A program made the position numbers and the translations under genes. From Macrostomum lignano (lineage: Eukaryota): a DNA stretch of 64,000 bases. The stretch spans positions 32,222 to 96,221 of the forward strand of contig NIVC01002783.1 of NCBI GenBank assembly GCA_002269645.1, given 5' to 3'. Shown one piece after another: positions 53,360 to 64,000 of this stretch; within the stretch, counting starts at the first letter, position 1; each line of letters begins with the position of its first letter. The notes beneath the pieces were generated by a model. That model had not been told where the DNA came from and did no database searches. It worked only from the letters and a program-made list of their open reading frames with translations.

Positions 53360-56300
53360 CTAGAAGATTTCATTCCCCCTCAAGAGTGCCGTTCAAACAT
53401 GCATTGCAGTACTCGGGACTCGAGGCCTGGTTGCCCTTCTGCCTGGCATGCCTGCTACTGTTGCTAGGCAATTACGCCTATCGGACCGGCGCTTTAGGCT
53501 TCCAAGTGACAAAATTTCGACGTAGAGATCAGCTGCGTTTTTATCTGCGCCGCATCGCCAGATGGCTGCTCGGCCGGCTGTCGCGGACGCCCGCCGCCTA
53601 CAGCAGTCGTCGGCGTTGGCTTCAGCTGCAGAAGGCTCAGGAGCTAGAGCTGGAGCAGACGCTCTGCAGCAGCGGCAGCAGGCCCTGCAACTCGCCGGCC
53701 TCGGACTCACCAACATGCGCCGGGTGTCTTCCATTGGCAAGCGGCTGCTCAGGCAGAAGACTCAAGGCGACCTGCTATTGCTGGCCTCCGGGCGCGGCGG
53801 CGACGGATTGAATTCCGTCGGTTCCTTGGTCGGTTCCGCTGTTGCCGACACGGACAGCGACTTCAGCGAGGACGATGCTCTGTCGGCTTCTTCGTCTACG
53901 TTGAAAACTCGATCCGCTCTGCAGCGGCGCGGACTGGACAAACTGGCCGAGACTTTTTGGCCGCTCAGGTCGCTCCAGGCGGCCGAGATTGACCGGCTGG
54001 CTCTGGTTGGCAGCCGCTGGCCAGCCGGCACCCTGGTGGAGGCGGAGCCAGCCAATGGCATTGTGCTTGTGGACTCCGGCGCTATTGAGATCCGCCTATT
54101 CGGCAGGCACACCATAGTTGAGGTGGTGCCGCCCGGGGAGTGCATATTCAGCCCTCTGATGCTGCTGGGCCATCTGTGCCAGTCTCGGCCAAGTGTCCGG
54201 GACTCGCAGCACCCGGATGCCCGAGTCTACCTGCGCGCTTATCCCGGCCTGCAGCCTACTAGCATCCGCTTTCTGTCTTTCCGAGCTCTGTGCCAAGCCT
54301 TGAACTTGAGTTCTTCATCATTTAGTCCGCCCGTTAATCCCGTGTCTACTTATTGCTGGCGTCAGTTCAGCAAAGTCTTTGTTCAGGGCCTGCTGCCGGT
54401 CTTGGTGCCGGACGAGACCAATGCTAGCGGGGAGCAGCAGCAGACGGGAGTCGCCACGACCACCGCCTGCGGTCTGTGGGGCTCCCAACGATCGGACGCG
54501 GTGGAGGCCCGGCTGCCACAGCTGGCTCGCATCCTGGAGCTGCCAGAGGATCGATTCAAAGCCGCCGTGTCCGTGACCGAGTGCAAGCCGGGCGATGCTG
54601 TGGCCAAGGCGGGCGATCGCCTGACCTGCCTGTACTTTGTGCTGCGGGGCCGGCTGTGGCAGCGGGTGGGAGCCAAGCCCATATCGGTGAGCACTTCTTG
54701 GGGGGGGGGTCGCTTCACGAATTCACAGTCGGGATTTCTGATTAAGGATCAATACCTAAATGATGGGATCTCTGATTATGGATTAATACCTGGATTATGG
54801 GATCTCTGATTAAGGATTAATACCTGGATGATGGGATCTCTGGTTAGGATTAATACCTGGATGATGGGATCTCTGGTTAGGGATTAATACCTGGATGATG
54901 GGATCTCTGGTTAGGGATTAATACCTGGATTATGGGATCTCTGGTTAGGGATTAATACCTGGATTATGGGATCTCTGGTTAGGGATTAATACCTGGATTA
55001 TGGGATCTCTGATTATGGATTAATACCTGGATTATGGGATCTCTGATTATGGATTAATACCTGGATTATGGGATTTCTGATTAAGGATCAATACCTGAAT
55101 TATGGGATCTCTGGTTAGGGATTAATACCTGGATTATGGGATCTTTGATTAAGGATCAATACCTGGTAGATGTAATCTCTGATTAGAGTTTAAAATACCT
55201 GGATGATGGGATCTCTGATTAGAGATTACTACCTGGATGATAGCATAATTTAATTAACTAACTGACTAACAATCATCCAGGTGGCCGGCCCAGGCGAATT
55301 CTTCGGCATGGTCAGCTACTGCGGTCAGCTGCCGCTGGCCTCGGACATCTACTGCCGATCCGCGGCCGTCCTGGCCCGTCTGGACCCGGCCAGCCTGGCC
55401 TCGGAGCCGCGGCTGCTGGCGGCCTGCCTTGCCCGGGTGTCAGACAGCTGCCTTGGCTCCATCAGCCCGCTGGTGCGCACTCTGGACTACGCGCTGCGCT
55501 TCGTATCGTTGAAATGCGGCGCCAGCCTGGCCAGCCGGACTGGCGTGGACGATCCGCACTGCCATTTCCTGCTGTCCGGCCGACTGCTACTGTCCGGACA
55601 GTCCGAGTACTACGGCCGGGGGAGGATTATTAACTTAGTAGCGGCGCTGAACCGGTCTCAGTGCCCGCTACCGGCCGAGTCTGTGCGCGACTCCGAGCTG
55701 ATCCGATTAAGCAGACACCTGGTCTCCTTCCTGTCCCAGCGATTCCAGGGCTTCTCCCACCTGCTGGTGTCCACTCTGGCCAACGCCTTGCTGGATTCTT
55801 ACTCCAGCCAGGCATCCAGCAGCTGCAGCCGGCCGCAGTCGTCTCCTGTGAAGACTGTGGCAGTGATCCCGGCTCAGGGCTACCTGCCGGCCGCCTCTTT
55901 TGCCGGCTGCTTGGCTGGCCTTCTGCCGCCACCGGTGCGCCACCTGTCCTCGGAGCTGGTCTGCCGCAAATTCCACAAGTCCGTGTGGGACCTGGGCACC
56001 AGGGATGACGCATTGCACAGCTGGCTAACGGCCGGGGAGGAGGAGAATGATTTTGTTATATTCGCCGCAGACTACGAGCTGACGCCGTGGACTCTGCTGT
56101 GCATCAGGCAGGCGGACATCATCCTGGTGTTGTCAGATCACGACGGGCCGCCAGCGCCCTGCCTCACCGAGCACTTCTGCACCAGGTACAGCAGGGCGCA
56201 GATCGAGCTGCTGCTGCTGCATCCGAAGCGGCGAGCCCGGGTGCCGCCCGGCTCTACGGCGCCGTTTCTGGCCGCCCGGCCGTGGGTCCGGCAGCATCTG

Positions 56301-56911
56301 CACCTGCGGTTGCCCGACAGCCTGCGCTTGCACCGGACTCGACGGGTCTCGTTGCGCGTGGCGCCGGATATGCGCCGATTGGCGCGCCGACTAACCGGCG
56401 CCTCGATCGGGTTGGCGCTTGGCGGCGGCGGGGCCAGGGGCGCAGCGCACCCGGCCGTCATCAAGCTGCTGTGCGATCGACGGGTGCCCATCGATGCCTT
56501 GAGCGGTACCAGCATCGGCTCGCTGATGGCCAGCCTGTGGGCGATGGACACCAGCCTGGAGTCGCTCATGTACAGCTCCAAGAAGACATTCAGCGAGGCC
56601 GGCTCCCTGCTGATGCAACTGCTGGACATGACGCTGCCGCTGGTGTCGTTTTTCCGCGGCGGCCTTATGAACCGGCTGGTGCTGAAGCTGTTCGATCGCG
56701 ACTTGAACATCGAGGATCTCTGGCTGCCCTGCTATTTTGTGGCCACAGATTTGCAGAGCTGCCGGATGCGAGTTATGACGCGCGGCCGCCTGTGGAAAGC
56801 CGTCAGGGCTAGCATGTCCTACCCCATCATACTGCCGCCCATCTGGAGCGATGACGGCGACCTGCTGGTTGACGGCTGCTTCGTTAATAATCTGCCCGCT
56901 GATGTGCTCAG

Positions 56912-57005
<94 letters not shown>

Positions 57006-57070
57006 GTGTCTGTCTGTCTGTCTGTCTGTCTTAGTGTTTGTCTAAGTGTCTGTCTGTCTGTCTATCTGTC

Positions 57071-57103
<33 letters not shown>

Positions 57104-57166
57104 GTGTGTGTGTGTGTTTCTGTCTGTCTGTCTGTCTTTTTGTCTGTCTGTCTGTGTGTCTGTCTG

Positions 57167-57219
<53 letters not shown>

Positions 57220-57288
57220 GCCTATCTGTCTCTCTGTCTGTGTGTGTGGATGTCTGTCTGTCTGTCTTTTTGTGTGTCTGTCTGTCTT

Positions 57289-57352
<64 letters not shown>

Positions 57353-57375
57353 TGTCTGTCTGTCTGTGTGTGTGT

Positions 57376-57447
<72 letters not shown>

Positions 57448-59221
57448 ATCCACAAAACAGTCGCCAGTTTCCCGCTCCAACACACTGCCAGGTACCAGTT
57501 CGGCGCAGCCAAAGTAGTCGCCGTGGACATCTCTGAGAGCAGCAGCCTGGAGCAGGGCGGCTACCGGGTCTACGGCGACAGCCTGTCCGGCTTCCGGGCC
57601 TTCCTAGCCCGCGGCGGCACCCGCTATCCGAGCCTCATCGACGTTCAGCTCCGCCTTGCCAGCATCACCTCCAGCATGAATGTCCGGCAGCACAACCTGC
57701 AGGAGGCGACCTGGTGCTGGTACCTGACCCCGCCTGTGCACAACTACAGCATCTCGAGTTTCTCCAGCTTCCAGCTCATCTATGAGGTAGCCAGCGCCTA
57801 CGCTGAAGCCAAGTGGAAGGAGGACAGCGCGTCTGCGCCCGCCTGGTTCGCCGAGCTGCTGTCAGATGCCAGCGACAGCCCAGCGGCCGCCGCCTCATCA
57901 GCTTCCGGCGGAGTTCACGTGAGAATCCAAGTGTATAATTAGTTTTAGTAGTCCTTGGATTATTGTTGGTCCTGTTGGATTATTGTTAATCCTGTTGGAT
58001 TATTGGTAATCCTGTTGGATTATTGGTGATCCTGTTGGATCATTGGTAATGCTGTTGGATCATTGGTAATCCTGTTGGATTATTGGTAATCCTGTTGGAT
58101 TATTGGTAATCCTGTTGGATTATTGGTAATCCTGTTGGATTATTGTTGGTCCTGTTGGATTATTGTTAATCCTGTTGGATTATTGGTGATCCTGTTGGAT
58201 CATTGGTAATCCTGTTGGATCATTGGTAATCCTGTTGGATCATTGGTAATCCTGTTGGATTATTGGTAATCCTGTTGGATTATTGGTAATCCTGTTGGAT
58301 TATTGGTAATCCTGTTGGATTATTGGTAATCCTGTTGGATCATTGGTAATCCTGTTGGATCATTGGTAATCCTGTTGGATCATTGGTAATCCTGTTGGAT
58401 CATTGGTAATCCTGTTGGATCATTGGTAATCCTGTTGGATCATTGGTAATCCTGTTGGATTATTGGTAATCCTGTTGGATCATTGGTAATCCTGTTGGAT
58501 CATTGGTAATCCTGTTGAATCATTGGTAATCCTGTTGGATCATTGGTAATTCTGTTGGATTATTGGTAATCCTGTTGGATTATTGTTAATCCTGTTGGAT
58601 TATTGGTAATCCTGTTGGATCATTGGTAATTCTGTTGGATTATTGGTAATTCTGTTGGATCATTGGTAATCCTGTTGGATTATTGGTAATCCTGTTGGAT
58701 CATTGGTAATCCTGTTGGATTATTGGTAATTCTGTTGGATTATTGGTAATCCTGTTGGATTATTGGTAATTCTGTTGGATTATTGGTAATCCTGTTGGAT
58801 TATTGGTAATCCATGAGATGAATCTTGTTAATCTTAGAAATGATTATTAGAATTCGGATTCAGCACGTTGGCGCGAATTCAAACTATTCACTCTCTCCCT
58901 CACCCGCCCTTCCAGGCCAGCGTAAACTTTGAGTCGGAGGTTTCCGCCCTGCTGCAGAGCATCCGCCTGTTCTCGGCACACGAGCCAGCGAAAGGGTTCG
59001 TTGAAGACTCAGCAATAGCGGCCAACTGTAATGAGATCGGCGGCGAGATGGAGCTCGAACCTGAGACCTCGGCGCCGCTGTTCCAGCTGAGATCGGCGAC
59101 TGCCCCGGCCTACTCGCGGACGATCTCAGACCCGGGTCTGTCAGTGGTGGAGCCCATCAGCTATGGCAGAGATGCGGCTGCCCAGCTGCAGTGCTGTTCA
59201 ACTGCTGGAATCCTGTTCTGA
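53360..59221 (+). CDS. PNPLA6: NTE / PNPLA6-7 / swiss-cheese-like patatin phospholipase, divergent. Exons ~53360-54686 (start unresolved, one -1 frame break), 55281-56911, 57492-57918, 58916-59221
   Basis: N-terminal TM segment plus [14 protein letters not shown] (cf. NTE FRKRDKVLFYGRKI); three cNMP-binding-like segments; [13 protein letters not shown]; [13 protein letters not shown]; GTSIG nucleophile; WKAVRASMS; [14 protein letters not shown]; YGDSLSG. Confidence 0.88.
54735..55245. repeat. 34-bp minisatellite (NTE intron)
   Basis: Unit GGGATTAATACCTGGATGATGGGATCTCTGGTTA. Confidence 0.9.
56912..57445. repeat. (GTCT)n/(GT)n microsatellite filling an NTE intron
   Basis: Starts at the first base of the intron. 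Confidence 0.95.
57955..58812. repeat. 20-bp minisatellite (NTE last intron)
   Basis: Unit GTTGGATTATTGGTAATCCT / GTTGGATCATTGGTAATCCT. Confidence 0.95.
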
Positions 59222-59344
59222 CTTTTGTTTGGGGAAATTATTTTTTAATTTCTTTTTTTAACAGTGATGCACATTTCAAACTACTTTGTCAATATTTTTG
59301 AGGGCCGATTTTTAAAAGACATTTTATCCTTAAAAATATCAACT

Positions 59345-59780
59345 GTATTGGTCAGCTGTTTGATCAGCTGTTGGTCAGCTGTTTGATCAGCTGTTGGTCA
59401 GCTGTTTGATCAGCTGTTGGTCAGCTGTTTGATCAGCTGTTGGTCAGCTGTTTGATCAGCTGTTGGTCAGCTGTTTGATCAGCTGTTAGTCAGCTGTTTG
59501 ATCAGCTGTTGGTCAGCTGTTTGATCAGCTGTTGGTCAGCTGTTTGATCAGCTGTTGGTCAGCTGTTTGATCAGCTGTTGGTCAGCTGTTTGATCAGCTG
59601 TTGGTCAGCTGTTTGATCAGCTGTTGGTCAGCTGTTTGATCAGCTGTTGGTCAGCTGTTTGATTAGCTGTTGGTCAGCTGTTTGATTAGGTGTTGGTCAG
59701 CTGTTTGATCAGCTGTTTGATCAGCTGTTTGATCAGCTGTTTGGTCAGCTGTTTGATCAGCTGCTTCATCAGCTGTTCGG
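59345..59780. repeat. 23-bp minisatellite with two CAGCTG palindromes per unit
   Basis: Unit GGTCAGCTGTTTGATCAGCTGTT. Confidence 0.93.
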
Positions 59781-60439
59781 TTAGTGTATTACATGCAACC
59801 TACCGGAAGTAGTCTTAAAATCGGCTTTCAATGCGCTTTCACCTGCCTTTAACAAAGAAGTGCTTGATTGTTTTATAATGAACATTTGCTTGACTTCTAG
59901 TCTAAATCTAGCTACGAGTAGATGATTGATTAACATGTTTATTATCTATATACCACTCGTAGATTATGAAAACACTAGCCGTTATTAAGTCAATGTACTC
60001 AAGTACTGCGCCGTCATATAGTTACACTTCTCGGCATTTCTTAGAAAAAATGTTAGGTAGATGGTTTTACTGCTCATCTAACCGTTTGATTCGATACCAG
60101 CTGGCTTAGTTGCTAGCGTATGCGTATGCACAGCATTGTATTGGTTTCTATACTTGCATTAACTCGTTCTTAGCTCTTATCTAGTAGTGCGGGTCTGCGA
60201 ATTCCATGTAACATTCTGCATTACTAATCCATTTGATTAGTATTCATTCTCTTGATTGATTCGTATATCAAATAACCATGTCCTAGTTTAGTTTTTAAAA
60301 AATTCAGACTATTTTAGAACTTGATGACTGAATTGCTTTTTTCGTTTCACACTTTCATTTTGATAAATATAAAAGTTATTTTTGGCTTTCAAGCTGTTTT
60401 AGTTTGTATTATGTATTTTCTTTACTTAAATTCACAATG

Positions 60440-60950
60440 ACGGATGCAGTTGCTATGTCAATGGCCTGAGCTGTTGTTGTTGAGCAGGTCAGCCAGTGCC
60501 TCATGTTCTGGATGTAGTTGCTATGTCTATGGCCTGAACTGTTGTTGTTGAGCAGGTCAGCCAGTGCCTCATGTTCTGGATGCAGTTGCTATGTCTATGG
60601 CCTGAACTGTTGTTGTTGAGCAGGTCAGCTAGTGCCTCATGTTCTGGATGTAGTTGCTATGTCTATGGCCTGAACTGTTGTTGTTGAGCAGGTCAGCTAG
60701 TGCCTCATGGTCTGGATGCAGTTGCTATGTCTATGGCCTGAACTGTTGTTGTTGAGCAGGTCAGCTAGTGCCTCATGGTCTGGATGCAGTTGCTATGTCT
60801 ATGGCCTGAACTGTTGTTGTTGAGCAGGTCAGCCAGTGCCTCATGGTCTGGATGTAGTTGCTATGTCTATGGCCTGAACTGTTGTTGTTGAGCAGGTCAG
60901 CCAGTGCCTCATGGTCTGGATGTAGTTGCTATGTCTATGGCCTGAACTGT
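60440..60950. repeat. 68-bp minisatellite, ~7.5 copies
   Basis: TGAGCAGGTC anchors recur every 68 bp (60481, 60549 ...). Confidence 0.92.
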
Positions 60951-61130
60951 TTAAAATGTTAGTTATACGAGCTAAGTCGTGCACATTGGTAGATTTGGTA
61001 GGCAAAACCACAGTATATTAAAAATTGTATTACATAATTTTCACTCTTAAGTTTTTTTCATAAAACTGCATGATGCCAGCAAAATTTGGTTAAGCAACAA
61101 TTGTTTCACTTTTTCGCGCTCAACGCGAAA

Positions 61131-64000
61131 ATGTCCATCAAGGACGCTCATTTGCAGCGGCTTAGCGTCGCCCTCAAAGAGATCCAGTGCATCTGCACCG
61201 AGAGCATCGCTCTAACCAGCGACAATCCCTGCGTGCAAAAAGTCTGTCACTGTCTAGATCGAGTATTTCTTGACGGCCTAAGGACACCGTCGCGCGGCTA
61301 CTGGGACCTGCTTGTGGAGCTCAGCCATAAAGATGTTATTCGGGAGATTAAAGCCAGCAGGTAACTCTAGCTTAAAGCCCTTTGCCTTCCAATATTCTCC
61401 TGCATTGAGGCCACACCTCTCTACCACTCAATGTACACACAATTTTCCGCCCTCACCCACACCTCTCTACCCCTCAATGTACACACAATTTTCCGCCCTC
61501 ACCCACACCTCTCTACCCTCAATGTACACACAATTTTCCGCCCTGGCCCACACCTCTCTACCCCTCAATGTACACACAATTTTCCGCCCTGGCCCACACC
61601 TCTCTACCCCTCAATGTACACACAATTTTCCGCCCTGGCCCACACCTCTCTACCCCTCAATGTACACACAATTTTCCTCCCTCGCCCACACCTCTCTACC
61701 CCTCAATGTACACACAATCTTCCGCCCTCGCCCACACTTCTCTACCCCTCAATGTACACACAATTTTCCGCCCTCGCCCACACCTCTCTACCCCTCAATG
61801 TACACACACAATGTACACACCTCACAGCTTATAATATCCATTCTACGCTTATATTCCTCAGTTTGCACGTATGCACAGTCAGGCTCATGCCTCAGCAGTG
61901 TACCCGTTCAATCCCTTATCTTTGCCCAGGTACCTCCTAACCAATCACGGCAGAGCTCGCGCCTGGCTGTTCCGGCTCTCAGCGAGTCTCTACTCGAGTC
62001 CTATCTGGCCAGCCTTGCCGGCGATGTCCCCCTGCTACGCAAATTCTACGAGCCGCACGCCCTGCTGGCCAATGCCAACAGAACCCGCCTATTGCAGACC
62101 CTGCTGGCCGGCCTGGAGCACTGCGACCTGTCCTGCGTGTCCTGGGCCACCGTCACCTTCTTGGACGTCGGCTGTCAGGACCCGGCCCGGCGCGATCGGC
62201 ACCGCGGCGACACCGAGTCCGGCTCGTCTGGCTCACTCTCCGCTCTGCCTGACCCAGCCGAGGCCAACAGCCATCCGCAGGCGTCGTCAACTGGCTCCTC
62301 TCAGGATCAACAGCCGCCGTCATCGTCTCGATCTTCGTCAACAATGCCTCCGACTGACGAGCAGCCGGACGAGCCGCCGCAGCAGCAGGACCTGTCGTCC
62401 GATTTCAACAGCATCGCGATGTCGCAGGAAGACAGTCTGGTTGTTGAGCGCAAGCTGACGCATCGCCAGAAACAGCAGCAGGCAGCCAACGGTGGCTCGT
62501 CATCCAACTATTATCGGCTGGCGCTGGCGGACTCCGACGACGATGCCGACTGTTTTCCCGTTGCCGCTGGCCTGCTAGCCGACAATCACAACCAGCTGCA
62601 GCGGCTCGATAGCGATGAACCTGACAGCTTACCTGACAGCCAACCTGACAGCCAACCTGCGCCCCCTGCTGCTGCTGAGCCTGTCAAACTGAATGGCGAT
62701 GTTCGATCGTCCAGAAATCGGCAACAACAGCAGCGACATCCTCGACCGTCTCTTCCGCTGCCAATGTCGATGCCGTTGTCCATGTCGGCGGCGGCGGCGT
62801 CGGGCAACCAACTCTCGCGGTCCGGCCAGCAGCAGCCCGCCAGTTTGGCCAGGTCGCTGGCCGACGAACTACAAGAGGCCGAAGCGGCTTTGCGAGCTGA
62901 TGAGGATGAGGATGCTGATGCGGATGCGGATGCTGATGCGGATGCAGATGCGGATGCTGATGTGTACACATATTCAGATGAAGCGAATGCCTATACGGAT
63001 GCAGATGCGGATGCGGATGCGGATGCGGATGCGGATGCGGATGCAGCCAGTGCCAAAGCTAAAACGGATGCTGACACTGACGCTGATGAATCTTTGTCGG
63101 ACGATTCAGTGACATCAGATGCGCCAAATCCTTTTGAACCGGCGGCTCTCTCTAGCGACTACGCGTTGCCGTTGCGTCAGGTTCAGGACACGTTGGGCGA
63201 TGCGACACTCAGCGCAGCTTATAGAGCTCTGTGGTGGCGAGGCGACGCCTGGGCGGCCTGCCTGCTGTGCCTGTCGCCTGGCCGGGTTAGACTGGTGTCT
63301 TCCGGTTCTCTGTCCAGGTGCGGAGTCTGCTTCTGTCACCTTTGTTTTCATTGTTGATTGTTAACAGTTTTTACGTGTAATCAACTTGTAGTACATTTGG
63401 GACTGTAGGATTTCAAGGAGGTGGTGCAGCGGGGGATTCCGGAGGGTTGAGGACCTGGCAGCGGAGGAATCCGGAGGGTTGAGGGCCTGGCAGCGGGGGA
63501 TTCCGGAGGGTTGAGGGCCTGGCAGCGGGGATTCCGGAGGGTTGAGGGTCTGGCAGCGGGGGATTCCGGAGGGTTGAGGGCCTGGCAGCGGAGGATTCCG
63601 GAGGGTTGGCGTGTCAGTATTACTCTAAATATTACAGCAGTAGATCACGGATAACTCGCATACTCTACTAAAAGTAGTAGAATTCCATCCGCATTAACGC
63701 AGGCTGTGCGAATGGCGGCCGGATTCGCTCGATCACGTGTGCCAGAGCGTCCAGGGCACCTGCTTCACCTGGTCGGCGTGGTCCGCTCCGCCCGCCATTT
63801 GTCGCCTGCGTCGACCAGTCGATCGGCGAATCGGCGACCCGCGACTTGCGCGCTGCCTGCCAACTGTGCCGCTGTTCCGCGGCTCGCCCTGCCAAGACGT
63901 CGGCCTGGGCAAATGGCTGCGCGCCGAGGCGTCCAATTTGTCTGGCGCGCCGATGCACTACGCGCTAACTACGCACGAGGTGCTGCTCGACGCCCGGCTG
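61131..64000 (+). CDS. PLEKHM2: RUN-domain + PH-like protein, PLEKHM2/SKIP-like, 3' partial. Exons 61131-61360, 61930-63317 (one -1 frame break at ~61975), 63703 to beyond 64000
   Basis: IKDAHLQRLSVALKEIQ..VQKVCHCLDRVFLDGL..RGYWDLLV..IREI..TNHGRARAWLF(RA)LSESLLESYL..LLRKFYEPHALL..LLAGLE is colinear with the SKIP N-terminal RUN domain as recalled; acidic linker, then a PH-like segment. Confidence 0.8.
61410..61815. repeat. 46-bp minisatellite (PLEKHM2 intron 1)
   Basis: Unit CCCACACCTCTCTACCCCTCAATGTACACACAATTTTCCGCCCTGG. Confidence 0.92.
63428..63608. repeat. 32/33-bp G-rich tandem repeat (PLEKHM2 intron 2)
   Basis: Unit GGATTCCGGAGGGTTGAGGGCCTGGCAGCGGG. Confidence 0.88.

Noticed and set aside
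53540-61995. Programmed -1 ribosomal frameshifting in both NTE and PLEKHM2 genes
   Set aside because: There is no X XXY YYZ slippery site at either break, and single-base deletions are the simpler explanation.

Overview
Animal (metazoan) genomic DNA with GC-rich exons, AT-rich spacers and very dense tandem repeats. The style suggests a free-living flatworm such as Macrostomum, but this is inference and not verifiable here. Six protein-coding genes, all on the + strand, could be reconstructed by hand: (1) a stomatin/MEC-2-like SPFH gene (12602-25726) with a GC-AG intron, a tandemly duplicated 56-nt exon pair that looks mutually exclusive, and candidate alternative first exons; (2) an intronless class A GPCR (29618-30688); (3) PQLC2/SLC66A1 (39881-44511); (4) LCMT1 (47052-51502); (5) an NTE/PNPLA6-7/swiss-cheese-like patatin phospholipase (~53360-59221); (6) a PLEKHM2/SKIP-like RUN-PH gene (61131 to window end). 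Genes 5 and 6 each need one -1 frame correction. Mobile DNA includes a 4.3-kb Mutator-like element with 42-bp TIRs, an 8-bp TSD and a decayed PHD+FLYWCH ORF; a hAT-like MITE family with polypurine interiors; a tRNA-headed CORE-type SINE; and a second putative SINE. Almost every intron and intergenic gap carries its own private mini- or microsatellite. Most long ORFs in the supplied track are repeat artefacts. The most notable observation is the stomatin isoform architecture.
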